The notes: generated by a model not told the origin, from the letters alone. A stretch of DNA of 38,439 bases from Gemmatimonadota bacterium (GCA_036679645.1 JAZDCY010000055.1:1-38439), one strand, 5' to 3'. Shown: positions 9,121-19,454, numbered from the stretch's first letter. Made by a program: numbers and translations.

Positions 9121-10320
9121 ATGCGCTTGCATTACTGGTCGTTAGGGCTCGTCGTATTGGCGTTGCCCCATTCTGTCGCTGCCCAGGACATGACGTTCGG
9201 CGGCCAGATCCGGCCGCGTGCCGAGTTCCGCGATCCGGCAGGTAGTGGCAACGACGGCTTTTCGTCCATGCGAGTGCGCGCGAGCGTCACGGCGTTGTTG
9301 CCGCGACACGTCCGCGCGTTCATCCAGGTACAGGACGTGCGGTTGTTGGGCGAGGAAAACAACACGCTGTCAGATTTTCGGGCCGACAACTTCGACTTGC
9401 ACCAGGGATACCTCGAGGCTTGGAATGCCGACGAGGGCACCGTGGGCGCGCGCATCGGTCGCCAGGCGGTGAACTTCGGCGGGCAGCGTCTCGTAGGCGC
9501 GGTCGAGTGGACGCAACAGGGCCGCTCCTTCGACGGGGTGCGCGCCATGGTGCGCCCGTCATGGGGCAGTCTGGACCTCATCGGGTTCAAACTCGGCGAG
9601 GCCACCTCACCCTCGGTCGACCTGGACGCGGAGTTGATCGGTGCGTACGCGTCCGTAGCAGACGTGGCGGGTGGGACGCTCGATGTGTACGGCCTCTACA
9701 ACCACGTCACCAGCGATCCGACCGGCGATCCGTCGACCAAGCAGCTCTCCGTAGGTGCCCGGCTGGTCGGAAGTGCGTCGGGTGTCACGTATAGGCTGGA
9801 GGGGACGTACCAGCTCGGCGAGCGGGCCGGGGTGGACGTGGCCGCGTTCCTCATTGGGGCGCGTGTCGCTGTGGCGGTGGCGGATGGGGCGAGAGTCACC
9901 CTATGGTACGACTACCTCTCGGGTGACGACGACCCAACCGACGGCAAGATCAGGGTGTTCGATACGCTCTTCGCGACGAACCACAAGTACTACGGCTTTG
10001 CCGATCTCTTCCTGAACATCCCGGCGCACACGGCGGGACTCGGGTTGCAGGACATAGCGCTCAAGGGATCGGTCGCGGTGCGTGACGATCTCACGTTGCG
10101 GCTGGACGTCCATGAGTTCCTGCTCGCGCGCGAGGAGCCCACGAGCGCGTCACGCCGTCTCGGCGAGGAGATCGATGTGACCGCCGTTTACCGGTACACT
10201 CGGAATCTCACGGTTACCGGTGGTGTCTCGCAGGTGCTGCAGCAGGACGCGTTCGCGGCGATCGGGCGGCTCAGCGAGAACATGACCTGGGCCTACGTGA
10301 TGATCGACGTCGGCTTCTAG
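9121..10320 (+). CDS. Alginate-export-family outer-membrane beta-barrel
   Basis: Signal peptide; GQIRPRAE, DLHQGY, RIGRQ, SFDG, YDYLSGDD, TNHKYYGFAD; C-terminal Phe. Confidence 0.85.
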   Translation: MRLHYWSLGLVVLALPHSVAAQDMTFGGQIRPRAEFRDPAGSGNDGFSSMRVRASVTALLPRHVRAFIQVQDVRLLGEENNTLSDFRADNFDLHQGYLEAWNADEGTVGARIGRQAVNFGGQRLVGAVEWTQQGRSFDGVRAMVRPSWGSLDLIGFKLGEATSPSVDLDAELIGAYASVADVAGGTLDVYGLYNHVTSDPTGDPSTKQLSVGARLVGSASGVTYRLEGTYQLGERAGVDVAAFLIGARVAVAVADGARVTLWYDYLSGDDDPTDGKIRVFDTLFATNHKYYGFADLFLNIPAHTAGLGLQDIALKGSVAVRDDLTLRLDVHEFLLAREEPTSASRRLGEEIDVTAVYRYTRNLTVTGGVSQVLQQDAFAAIGRLSENMTWAYVMIDVGF

Positions 10321-10382
10321 CGGGAACGCGGGTTGGGTTTGATGGCAGCGGGCGCGACGACGAGCGTCGCGCCCACAGTGCG

Positions 10383-13300
10383 TCATCGTGCACGGCCTTG
10401 GATGATGACGAATTTTCCCCGCGCCCGTAGCGCGCGGCTGGCCGTGTTGCCCGGTTCGACCGACGTCGTCACCACCCACACATAGAGCCCGGACGCCATT
10501 TGGAGCTGCTCCCGCGTGATGAGCGGCACGTGCAGGTCGCCTGCTCCCTGAAGGTCGTCGGGCCCCCACACGACCTGTGACGCGAACTGGCCGCTCACCG
10601 TGTAGATGCGCAGCGTCCCCGCAGGCGGCATGTTCGTGAAGACCACCTGCGGATTGTTAAAGCTTGCTTGATACTGGGAGAACAGTACGAACGGGTTCGG
10701 TACGACACGGATGTTGTGTAGGGCGGAATCGGTGACTGCGGTAATCGCGGCGCCACGTGCCGGTCCGACGATCTCGAACCGATACTGCGCATCCGGTGTG
10801 AATCCCGTCTCGTATTCCCACAGCAGCCGGTCTCCGGTGGAAGACGGGAGATAGCCCGTGGCGCCGCGCGACCCGAACGCAACGGGGTTGCATGCCGGCG
10901 AGCGGGGGCGCGCACATCCCAGCACCGCTTGCTCAAACGTCATGCGCCGCCGCGTGACCCGGGCGGGTTGACCATTCGCGTCAAGCACGATGTATCCGTT
11001 GGCGTCGACGGAGTCCTCGAGCACGGGCTCGATGAAGGTCAGCCGGTCACCGGCGACCCACGCGTCACGTGGAATGGAGACGGTCATCGTGTCGCCGCCG
11101 GTGCCCAACATGTATGTGTTGCTGAGCCGAGGAAGCATGGCGATCTCGACACGCCGATTGAAACTGATGTTGCGGATCCGGAAGGGCGCCGTTATCGGAA
11201 TCAACAGGCTCGGTTCCACGTCCAGCGTGGCCGCGGTGGCCCTGTCGGTCGCGCCGACTGTCGTGCGCGGTCTGGCCGCGAGCGCTGCCTGGAACTCGGC
11301 CGCGGTGGCCGCTGGGTTGGTCATGTTCAGGACGATCCCGTTGGGCAACCCAAACGGATCACTCGTCCACGTCAATTGGTACCGGCCGAGCGGCGTCTGT
11401 GTAGCTGATGCAATCAGACTCAACTGTGGCTGCCACCTGACCAGCAACGAATCGGCGGTGGCGCGGCTCACGGTGTCGCGTGTTGTGCCGAGCCGCTGCT
11501 TCGTGATATCCCCGCGCAGGCTGACGTGGGCGTCGGGGTTGAACGCGCCGGCGTCGTTGTTGTCCGCAATGACGAAAAATCCGGGGTCGATTTCAGCGCC
11601 GAGCAGTTCGTCTGGCGTAGCCGCCAGTCCGGCGAGTTCCACGCTGGCGAACACTGGTGCACCCGCCCCATCCACGATCACGAAGCCGAGTCGGTCGTTG
11701 TACTCGTCGATCAACTGGATGCCTATCCCCACGCTCTTGGCGCCCGATGTCGATGGCGAGCCCGCGACCGGGACGAGCATTCCGCTGAGGCGCGTAAACT
11801 GCTCCCGGCGAAGAGCGACCGGTGCGCCAAACGGCGATGCATCTACGACATGCTCGATCGTCACGGTTGTGCGGACGGCCGCTGCCTGGTTGGGGAGACT
11901 GTCACGGGTCACAATCAGATGGTTGCCGAAGACGGCGCGATACCGGCCGGGGATCACCCGGTCGGTGAGTTCGATGTCGAACGGTGCGGTGACGTTGGGC
12001 GGTCGGGCCAGAAACTCGACTCGCGCAGCCGTTCCACCAGCCTCGCGGCTGATAGGGACGTACACGGTGGCAGCGTAGCCGGCGTTGGCCGTTGCGGCCA
12101 GCCGCGACCGCATCGCGGGGGCAAATGTCCTGACTTCTGGTCCGGTTGCGGTTTCCACCAGGAACTCGGCGCCGCGCGTCTTTGCTACCAGGACGTACGT
12201 GTAGCTCCGGCCCGGCAGGACGTTGGGATCGGTGAATCGATTCGGCAGATTCGTCTCCACCGAATCCGCAAAGAAGCTGCCGTAGGCCCGCCACCCGGTG
12301 CCCACGGTTTCGCCGTAGGTGCCAACGGTACGATCACCGTTGCAATCTGAGTCTCCCGTATAGGTTCGCCCGCCGTCGCAAGATTTGTAGATCTCGATGA
12401 CCTCGATATTGTCACGGGCGCGGTCGCGCAGGGAATCTGGTAGCCATGTGTTGAGCGCGACGAGATCTCCCAAGGGCCCGGGCGGTGCCGGATCCATGTC
12501 GTCTGCCAGCCCGAGCAGGAATTCGTCCTCCCAGTTCTCCGTCCGGGCGTCGAACAGCAGCGTGACGCTCGGCTCTCCCGGGCTTGACGTGAGGTTGGCG
12601 ATGATGCGTGGCGCAGGCGGCACCCGCGGGCGCGGGAAGAACTTGAGGTACGTACCGATAGCGGACGCAATCGCGGACCATGTGGAAACGGAATCCCGCT
12701 GACCCACGAACGCTACGAACCAGCTCGTCGTATCCCCCGCCGCCAGCGCGAACGGGCCTGCGGCGAGTACGCCGCCCACGTTTCCGTACACATTCACCTG
12801 CCCGCCGGGCAACGTGTCCCAGTCCGTCGTGACGCATCCGTTGACGTGACACGTGTCGTACCAAAGCGTGTCCGGGAAGCCGTCGTGGTTGAAGTCCCAT
12901 TCGGCGGCCGGGGGACCTGTGCCGTCGCGGCCGGGAACCCAATGATTGAACACGCCGGTCTCGGCGGGATAGCCAAAATTGCGAAAGGTGCGAAATGCCT
13001 CCGAGCCGCTCAAGGAGCCCGGATCCCTTCCGTCCATTACGATATTCGCTTGCGAGGCGATCATCCCGAAACTGCGTTTGTCGCTTACGTTGTGGGTGCT
13101 GGCCCAGCATCCGCCGAACCCACACATGTGCCCGTGGTTGAACGTGATCGTATCACCCGCCGGCGGATGGGACGGGTCGCAGAAGGGGTCCACAACCATC
13201 TGGCACGGTTGGCCGTCGGCCCTGCGGGTGAGCAGCTTGTTGCGCAGATCACCGATTGGGCTCTTCAGGACGATGATGGCGTTGCCACCGTTTCCGTACC

Positions 13301-14471
13301 CGCGCCCGCCGCCGCCGCCCGGGGTGCAGGCAGTTGCACCGGCCGGAATGCGAAAACTGTCAGAGCAGGGGCCGCCCAGGCCCTGCGTGTTGCTTTGATG
13401 GAAGAGGGCCGTTGAAACGTGAGGCAGGTAATAGTTGGAAAAGCGCGACCCACCGCCCACACCGGAGCCACCGGTTCCCTCCATGAATCCCAGATACAAC
13501 GAGTCGTAATCAATACCCGTCCCGTATACGTCCTCAGATCGGTTGATGACGGTCGCGCGCCAAAACACTACACCCAGGAGGGATGGGTCGAGAAAACTGA
13601 ACACCTCGAAGCGCCACACCAAACCCAGAGGGTAGCCGCCCCACTTCGGCGCTCCATCCCCACCAGGAATGACGGCGCCGTATTCCGCGAGGATAAGCGT
13701 GCCGAGGTAGGGATCGTCTACTTTGAGCGAATCAGGAATGCGCCAGAAATCGAAGGCGAACCCCGGTCCCATGGAGGTGAACTCGCGGAGGTAAGCGTCG
13801 CGAGGTGCGGCCCGGTCTCCGCGCCATTCACCTCCTCCCCAGGTCTCGATGCACTCGGCGAGTGCGAGGAGGGGCAGGCCGACCGGATAGAACCCCAGAT
13901 CGAAACCCGTGTTGTCGAGGCAAGTCCCATCATTCGTGGAGACGACGCCGGAAAACAGACTACCCAACGTCCCGTCCCGGGGCCCCCACTCGTGCTGCGG
14001 TCGAAACAGGGCGAAGTTCGTGAGGGTCGTGTACCCGCCACCCACCGCGTTGGCTACGCTCGGCGCGACCTCCCGGATCTTCAACCATTCACTCGGAGGT
14101 GCTCCCGCGTAGTACAGAACCTCGAAGAACTGAAACGTTACGGCGAGCGGATTCCGCGAGGGGTGCAGGTTCCAAGAGCAAAAGCCGGTGAGGGGCGCGT
14201 CACAGGGGCTGTAGTTGTCGACACTGTAGGACAGGTCACCGGTGCCCATGCCTGCGCCGGCTGCATCGGCATTCGCGAATAGCCTGAAGCCGCGTGCGAG
14301 ACGGGCCTGCGTGACGTTGTAGTCCGGCGTCTCGGGGTCGCCGGCCGACTCGAGAATTACGTCGCGGCCATCTTCTCGATACTGCGCGGTGGCGACCTGG
14401 GCGGTGCACGCCAATGCAACGAGGGTGAGCACCGCAGCGGACGAGTAACGCCTCTGACAGTCAGGGTCCAT
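10383..14471 (-). CDS. Large secreted protein with T9SS-sorting-like C-terminal domain
   Basis: Signal peptide; paired Cys; DFNHDG Ca-loop; Asp-box SCDGGRTY; FN3-like segment; tail IRVVPNPF..FTNMP..LRIYTVSG..ASGLYVW..GKFVII. Confidence 0.75.
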   Translation of the reverse strand: MDPDCQRRYSSAAVLTLVALACTAQVATAQYREDGRDVILESAGDPETPDYNVTQARLARGFRLFANADAAGAGMGTGDLSYSVDNYSPCDAPLTGFCSWNLHPSRNPLAVTFQFFEVLYYAGAPPSEWLKIREVAPSVANAVGGGYTTLTNFALFRPQHEWGPRDGTLGSLFSGVVSTNDGTCLDNTGFDLGFYPVGLPLLALAECIETWGGGEWRGDRAAPRDAYLREFTSMGPGFAFDFWRIPDSLKVDDPYLGTLILAEYGAVIPGGDGAPKWGGYPLGLVWRFEVFSFLDPSLLGVVFWRATVINRSEDVYGTGIDYDSLYLGFMEGTGGSGVGGGSRFSNYYLPHVSTALFHQSNTQGLGGPCSDSFRIPAGATACTPGGGGGRGYGNGGNAIIVLKSPIGDLRNKLLTRRADGQPCQMVVDPFCDPSHPPAGDTITFNHGHMCGFGGCWASTHNVSDKRSFGMIASQANIVMDGRDPGSLSGSEAFRTFRNFGYPAETGVFNHWVPGRDGTGPPAAEWDFNHDGFPDTLWYDTCHVNGCVTTDWDTLPGGQVNVYGNVGGVLAAGPFALAAGDTTSWFVAFVGQRDSVSTWSAIASAIGTYLKFFPRPRVPPAPRIIANLTSSPGEPSVTLLFDARTENWEDEFLLGLADDMDPAPPGPLGDLVALNTWLPDSLRDRARDNIEVIEIYKSCDGGRTYTGDSDCNGDRTVGTYGETVGTGWRAYGSFFADSVETNLPNRFTDPNVLPGRSYTYVLVAKTRGAEFLVETATGPEVRTFAPAMRSRLAATANAGYAATVYVPISREAGGTAARVEFLARPPNVTAPFDIELTDRVIPGRYRAVFGNHLIVTRDSLPNQAAAVRTTVTIEHVVDASPFGAPVALRREQFTRLSGMLVPVAGSPSTSGAKSVGIGIQLIDEYNDRLGFVIVDGAGAPVFASVELAGLAATPDELLGAEIDPGFFVIADNNDAGAFNPDAHVSLRGDITKQRLGTTRDTVSRATADSLLVRWQPQLSLIASATQTPLGRYQLTWTSDPFGLPNGIVLNMTNPAATAAEFQAALAARPRTTVGATDRATAATLDVEPSLLIPITAPFRIRNISFNRRVEIAMLPRLSNTYMLGTGGDTMTVSIPRDAWVAGDRLTFIEPVLEDSVDANGYIVLDANGQPARVTRRRMTFEQAVLGCARPRSPACNPVAFGSRGATGYLPSSTGDRLLWEYETGFTPDAQYRFEIVGPARGAAITAVTDSALHNIRVVPNPFVLFSQYQASFNNPQVVFTNMPPAGTLRIYTVSGQFASQVVWGPDDLQGAGDLHVPLITREQLQMASGLYVWVVTTSVEPGNTASRALRARGKFVIIQGRAR

Positions 14472-14573
14472 TCGACCCCCTTTCCAAGTTGATCAGTCGT
14501 AATTCGTGTCATCGCTACCTGAAATCCTCCCAACGGAATGTCCTTGTGTCTGTCGCCAATATGTGCGTTGCCG

Positions 14574-17390
14574 TTACGGAACGCGAGTCTGGCCGATCAG
14601 GCTGCGCAGCTGTTGAAGCAGCTCCCCAACGCGTCGCATTTCGTCACCATACCGCGCCCAATCTCCACGTTGCTGCGCGGCAATCGCCGCGTCGTACCTC
14701 GACGATGCTTCATCGATCAACGCCTGCGCGCGTGCGCTTGCGTCGCCACCACCGCTCGGTACCGCGGCTGCGGCGGCTACAGGTGCCACATCGGATGATG
14801 GAGCGTCCATGTTGATCGTGCCGCCGAACAGCAGGGCCATCCCCTGCGCGAGCGTCTCCTCCATCACCACCTGATTTTGATACGCGACGATCACACGTTT
14901 TAACTCGGGAATGCGCCCGCCCTCGGCGCGAAGATAGATGGCCTGTATGAATATCAGTGATTCCTCGATGGGAATTACGAGCAGGTTGCCGCGGATCACC
15001 TCCGAGCCGCGCTGATCCCACAACGAGATCTGACGTGAGATCTCCGTGTCCTGATTGATCCGGTTCACGATCTGTGTGGGCCCAAAGACGAGACTCTGCC
15101 GCGGGAACCGGTACGCGATGAGCTGGCCATAGTGCTCGCCATCGCTGCGCGCCACAATCCACGCCGCCAGGTTGTCCTTCTGCCGCGGCGTGAAAGGCGT
15201 CATCGTGATGTATTCCTCTTGCGTCTCGCCGGGAAGTCGCATGACGATGTGCCGCAGGAACGCGTCTCCGCTAGCTGCCGCGTCGCTCTGGGTGAGGTTC
15301 GGGATCTGCCACTGATCTTCGCGCGCGTAAAAGTTGTCCGGCTCGTCCATGTGGTACGTCGTGTAGAGTCCCGTCTGTATGCGGAACAGGTCGGACGGTA
15401 CGCGCACGTGTGCGCGCAGGTCCGCCGGCATGTCGTCGATGGGTCGGAACAGGCCCTCGAAGATCCTGGCGTACGTCTCGATGATCGGGTCGTTCGGATC
15501 CACGATATACGCCTCTACGTTCCCGTCATACGCGTCGATGACGACCTTGACGCTGTTGCGCATGTAGTTCGTGCCGCGGCCAACCGGAAGCGAGTACGGA
15601 TACCGGCCGCTTGCCGTATACGCGTCGAGGATCCACTTGAGGTGACCGTCGTCGGTCACGACGATGTACGGGTCGGCGTCCCAGCGCAGGAAGGGCAGGG
15701 CCTTGCTCGCGCGCTCGGTGATGTTGCGGTGATAGAGCACGCGGCTGTCCCTCGTGATCAGGTCCGTGAGGAACACATCGAGTGACCCAAACCGAAGACT
15801 CATGATCAGCTTGCGCAGGAACGAGTTGACGGGGACACCGCCGCTCCCGTCGTAGACCGTGAACACGCTCGGGGGATAATCGAATTCCGGCTGTTGTGTG
15901 TTGACGAAGACGTAGTCACCCGGTGTCTCGCCGTAATAGATCCCCGGGCGCGTCACGTTGAGGGACACCGTGGACGCGGGTGGGAGGTCTTTGATGAAGA
16001 GCACCGGTAGCCCCTCCGGCGAGACCTCGTTCACGGGACTGAGCGTGATTCCCATCCCGTGCGTGAACTGCAGGTGCTCGTTGATGAAGTTTCGGTTCGG
16101 AAGCGATGCGGAATTCAGCTCGCGAGGCGACAACAAGACTTGACGGTACTCGCCGTCGATCCAGTAGCGGTCGTCGTCCACCGAGCGGAAGTCGTAGTAC
16201 GTACGGATCTCCTGAATCTGACGGAACGTCTGTGCCAGTGGATCGCGATCCCACAGTCGCACATTGCGGATGGTACCGGCGTTGGCCTCGATGTCGGCCA
16301 GCGTAAGTGTTGCCTCGCCGGTGAGATCGCGCGTGGTCACGGCGTCGAGGCCCCACGCGCGCTGTGTGGCGGCAATGTGGTGCTCGAGTTGTGGCGTCTC
16401 CTTAACAAGCTCGTTGGGCTTCACGATGAAGCTCTGCATCATCGCGGTGGCGATGGCACCAAGAATCGACACGCCTATATACGTACCAGCCGCAATAGCG
16501 GTACTGCGGACGAGCTTGCCGCCGCGCGACCCGACGAGGACCAGCACCGCGCCCACGATCGCAACTACTCCCAGGATGAGAAACAGCGGCTTGCGCACCG
16601 CGAGGTCGGTATAGCTGGCGCCGAATAACGGGCCCGTCGTGGAATACACCAGGGACGGCAACCGAACGAGGAACGCGTTGGCGGCGATACTGGCGAACAG
16701 GATGGCCAGCAGGACGGCGAGATGTCGTTCGGCAGATGGCTCGATCGTCACGCGCCGCTGTTGCAGGAGGATGTCCTTGCGCAGGACGTACAGCGGTACG
16801 GTGATGAGCAGGGCGAGCACCGTGAGGCCCACTACGAGCTGTAACACGGAGGCTACCGCCGGCAACGTGAACACGTAATAGCCAATGTCACGCCCAAACA
16901 CCGGATCGACGGCACCGAACGGGGTGCGATGTAGATAGCGGAGCAGGAGGAGCCAGTTGCTCGCTCCCGAGAGGGCCATGAGGAGGCCGAGGATGGCCGC
17001 CGTCGGCAACGAAAGCCGCCGTAGGATATTGGTGATATCAATCTTCTGAGTGCCCGAACTCGTGCTTAGAATGATGACGTCCGGCACGACACCACGCTGG
17101 GCGAGACGCAGGTTCACGTAGAAGAACGCAAAGGCGATGACACCGATCCCCGATCCCAACCCGATCCGTGTACCGATCGATTGCAGGAACACCGTCTCGA
17201 AGCCAATGGCGGTAAACCAGTACCAATCGGCCGCGAGCTTGGCCAGGGCGGGCGCGCTCGCCAGCGCTAGAATGACGGCGCCTGCCAGCACGATGATGAT
17301 GAGACTTCTACGTCTCACCTTATTCCTCTCTGCGTCCCGAGCCGGGTTCTTGTCGCGGCCGCCAGAGCCGATGTGGGGGGCTGCATTCAT
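14574..17390 (-). CDS. UPF0182 family membrane protein
   Basis: DWYWF, DPVFGRDIGYYVF, NVRLWD, QEIRTYYDF, VDDDRY, NYMRNSVKVVIDAYDG, GNLLVIP, PELKRVI; ATG17390 overlaps the upstream TGA. Confidence 0.93.
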   Translation of the reverse strand: MNAAPHIGSGGRDKNPARDAERNKVRRRSLIIIVLAGAVILALASAPALAKLAADWYWFTAIGFETVFLQSIGTRIGLGSGIGVIAFAFFYVNLRLAQRGVVPDVIILSTSSGTQKIDITNILRRLSLPTAAILGLLMALSGASNWLLLLRYLHRTPFGAVDPVFGRDIGYYVFTLPAVASVLQLVVGLTVLALLITVPLYVLRKDILLQQRRVTIEPSAERHLAVLLAILFASIAANAFLVRLPSLVYSTTGPLFGASYTDLAVRKPLFLILGVVAIVGAVLVLVGSRGGKLVRSTAIAAGTYIGVSILGAIATAMMQSFIVKPNELVKETPQLEHHIAATQRAWGLDAVTTRDLTGEATLTLADIEANAGTIRNVRLWDRDPLAQTFRQIQEIRTYYDFRSVDDDRYWIDGEYRQVLLSPRELNSASLPNRNFINEHLQFTHGMGITLSPVNEVSPEGLPVLFIKDLPPASTVSLNVTRPGIYYGETPGDYVFVNTQQPEFDYPPSVFTVYDGSGGVPVNSFLRKLIMSLRFGSLDVFLTDLITRDSRVLYHRNITERASKALPFLRWDADPYIVVTDDGHLKWILDAYTASGRYPYSLPVGRGTNYMRNSVKVVIDAYDGNVEAYIVDPNDPIIETYARIFEGLFRPIDDMPADLRAHVRVPSDLFRIQTGLYTTYHMDEPDNFYAREDQWQIPNLTQSDAAASGDAFLRHIVMRLPGETQEEYITMTPFTPRQKDNLAAWIVARSDGEHYGQLIAYRFPRQSLVFGPTQIVNRINQDTEISRQISLWDQRGSEVIRGNLLVIPIEESLIFIQAIYLRAEGGRIPELKRVIVAYQNQVVMEETLAQGMALLFGGTINMDAPSSDVAPVAAAAAVPSGGGDASARAQALIDEASSRYDAAIAAQQRGDWARYGDEMRRVGELLQQLRSLIGQTRVP

Positions 17391-17860
17391 AGGGCAATTT
17401 GGTATTCGGTAGGTGTGGTTTCGCCCGCGACCGCGACGATCCCGTCGCACCGCGCGCAGCGTGTTCCCGTTTGGTCGTACAGCTCTGCGGTCGCGAAGAC
17501 CAGCGTGCGGCCCGCCCGGACCAGCCGGCCCAGGACCTCGACACGGTCGCCGAGCACCGGCTTGATGAAGCTGATGCTGAGCTGAGCGGTCCCGACCCGT
17601 CGGCCCAGTGCGCTCAGGTGCCCCACGAGGCCGATCGTCAGATCGAACACGCCGGACATGACGACGCCGTTTACCGCCTCGGTGCCCAATCCGCCGCGAT
17701 GAAACGGTTGGATGGGGTCGATGTACGCGCGCACGACATCAGGTTGTGAGAGATCGACGCGCACCCCCATGTGCCGCATGCCCGGATGGTCGTTCCATGC
17801 CTGTGTGAGCCGGTCGCGGTCGGCATCGGAAAGGTCGGGAGCTATGGGTATCGAGGTCAT
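17387..17860 (-). CDS. PaaI-family hotdog-fold thioesterase
   Basis: HRGGLGTEAVNGVV, TAQLSISFIKP, LVRAGRTLVF. Confidence 0.85.
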   Translation of the reverse strand: MTSIPIAPDLSDADRDRLTQAWNDHPGMRHMGVRVDLSQPDVVRAYIDPIQPFHRGGLGTEAVNGVVMSGVFDLTIGLVGHLSALGRRVGTAQLSISFIKPVLGDRVEVLGRLVRAGRTLVFATAELYDQTGTRCARCDGIVAVAGETTPTEYQIAL

Positions 17861-17994
17861 GGGATCTCTATGCCTAGTCTGCAAGTATACCCCGACGGAC
17901 CCATCTCGACATGTTCCGGCGGTTTCCCTTGAAATGGCCGCCGTGGGCACATTACCCTTACGACGCGGGTTAAAGGGGATAAAGGGAGAATGAC

Positions 17995-18357
17995 ATGGTG
18001 ACGAAGGTCGTTGTCGGTGCGCTGGTGGCTGGGTTGACCCTTGTCGGCGCTATGCACCTGCATCTTACGGACAGTTTCCCGAAGGCGGATACCGCGCTCA
18101 GCGAGTCGCCGGGCGAGATTCGGGTCTGGTTCAATGAAGAGCCGCAGCTCTCCGTGAGCCGTCTCGGCCTCGAGGGGCCCGCCGGCGAGATCGAGTTGGG
18201 GCGCGCCGAGGACGCCGAAGGGATGTCGTTCAAGAGCGCGGTGCACGACACGCTGAGTGCAGGCGAATACACGGTATCCTGGCGCACGGCGGCCGACGAT
18301 GGACACGTCGGGCGCGGCACCTTCACGTTCACGGTGAGCGCGGGGGAGGGTCACTAA
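17995..18357 (+). CDS. copC: Periplasmic copper-binding protein CopC
   Basis: Signal peptide then HLHLTDSFP, WFNE, YTVSWRTAADDGH, GTFTF. Confidence 0.9.
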   Translation: MVTKVVVGALVAGLTLVGAMHLHLTDSFPKADTALSESPGEIRVWFNEEPQLSVSRLGLEGPAGEIELGRAEDAEGMSFKSAVHDTLSAGEYTVSWRTAADDGHVGRGTFTFTVSAGEGH

Positions 18358-18358
18358 G

Positions 18359-19273
18359 ACGGCAGAGATCTTCGCGTTCGGCCAACAGGCGGTTGGCCGG
18401 TTTGCCGCATACGTCGGTGTCTTCCTGGTGGTCGGCGCGTGCGGTTTTCGCTTTGCCGTACTGCGGCGAATAGGGACGGCCGGAAGTGACGGCTGGGTGC
18501 CCGCGCACGAACGCCGCGTGGCACGGCTGGGAGCGGGGGCTGCACTCGCATTGGTCGTCGTCGCCTTCTGGCGCCTGTGGGCGCAGGCCTACGCGATCTT
18601 CGGCGTCGACGAAGGCGTCTCCTTCGAATCCTTGAAGACCGTCGCTTTCGATACATCCTGGGGCACGGGCTGGATGCTCCAACTCGCCGGTGCCGTGGCC
18701 GCCGTGGCGAGCTTCTGGTGGGCCGCTACGCGGCCGCGCGTGGGCTGGTGGGTCGCAGCCGCCGTTGCGGCGTACGTCGGAGCGTCGCTGGCGTTCACCG
18801 GGCACGCCATGTCGCAGGGTCCGCGCGGGTTGAGCCTGACACTGCAGGTCGCCCATGTGCTGGGAGCGGGCCTGTGGATCGGCAGCTTGTTCTCGATGGT
18901 GGTGTTCGGTCTGATGACGGCGCAGGTGGAGGACCGCCCCTCCGTGGCAGCGGCAATTGTCGACGCCTTCTCACCGCTTGCGCTGGTGGGTGTTGGCGTC
19001 CTAGCGCTGAGCGGCCTCGCGACCGCGGTCGTGTATATCGATGCGACCAACCAATTATGGACGACGCCGTACGGCAGGACACTGCTGTTGAAGCTGATGG
19101 CGTTCGGATCCGTCGCAGCCTTCGGTGCCTACAACTGGCGGCGTCTCCGTCCCCGGCTCGGCACCGATCCCGACGCCACGCGGGAACTCGTCACGAGTGC
19201 CAGCATTGAGCTACTCATCGCGGTGCTGGTGCTTGCGATAACCTCCGTCTTGGTGGCGTTACCGTTGGAATGA
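18359..19273 (+). CDS. copD: Copper resistance/uptake membrane protein CopD (start codon unclear)
   Basis: Multiple TM helices, TGHA, HVLGAGLWIG, TPYGRTLLLKL, GAYNW; frame is open upstream of GTG18428 to the copC stop. Confidence 0.85.
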   Translation, partial: TAEIFAFGQQAVGRFAAYVGVFLVVGACGFRFAVLRRIGTAGSDGWVPAHERRVARLGAGAALALVVVAFWRLWAQAYAIFGVDEGVSFESLKTVAFDTSWGTGWMLQLAGAVAAVASFWWAATRPRVGWWVAAAVAAYVGASLAFTGHAMSQGPRGLSLTLQVAHVLGAGLWIGSLFSMVVFGLMTAQVEDRPSVAAAIVDAFSPLALVGVGVLALSGLATAVVYIDATNQLWTTPYGRTLLLKLMAFGSVAAFGAYNWRRLRPRLGTDPDATRELVTSASIELLIAVLVLAITSVLVALPLE

Positions 19274-19290
19274 GCGTGCGCGCATCCCGC

Positions 19291-19424
19291 GACCCCGGGG
19301 GACCCCGGGGGACCCCGGGCTTACGCCCGGCCCGCCATGGCCGCGAACCCCGGGCTGACGCCCGGGGTTTGGTCGTGTGACGAGGCCATGGCATTGCTGG
19401 GACCCCGGGCTGACGCCCGGGGTT
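19291..19424. repeat. REP-like palindrome cluster between convergent genes
   Basis: ACCCCGGGCT(G/T)ACGCCCGG(GGT) at ~19312, ~19347 and ~19402; 10-bp tandem GACCCCGGGG at 19291-19319. Confidence 0.8.
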
Positions 19425-19454
19425 GGGGGCCCGCTCCTGCGCACCGCGCACACG

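Noticed and set aside
17960..17985. TACCC-N9-GGGTT upstream of copC as a CsoR-type operator
   Set aside because: Imperfect palindrome, atypical spacing and no regulator gene nearby
18620..18635. TTCGAATCC as a possible attR copy of the tRNA 3' end
   Set aside because: Only 9 nt, inside copD coding sequence; no convincing att duplicate seen in the window
19291..19424. CRISPR array
   Set aside because: Only three palindromes, unequal spacers sharing a motif, and no cas genes
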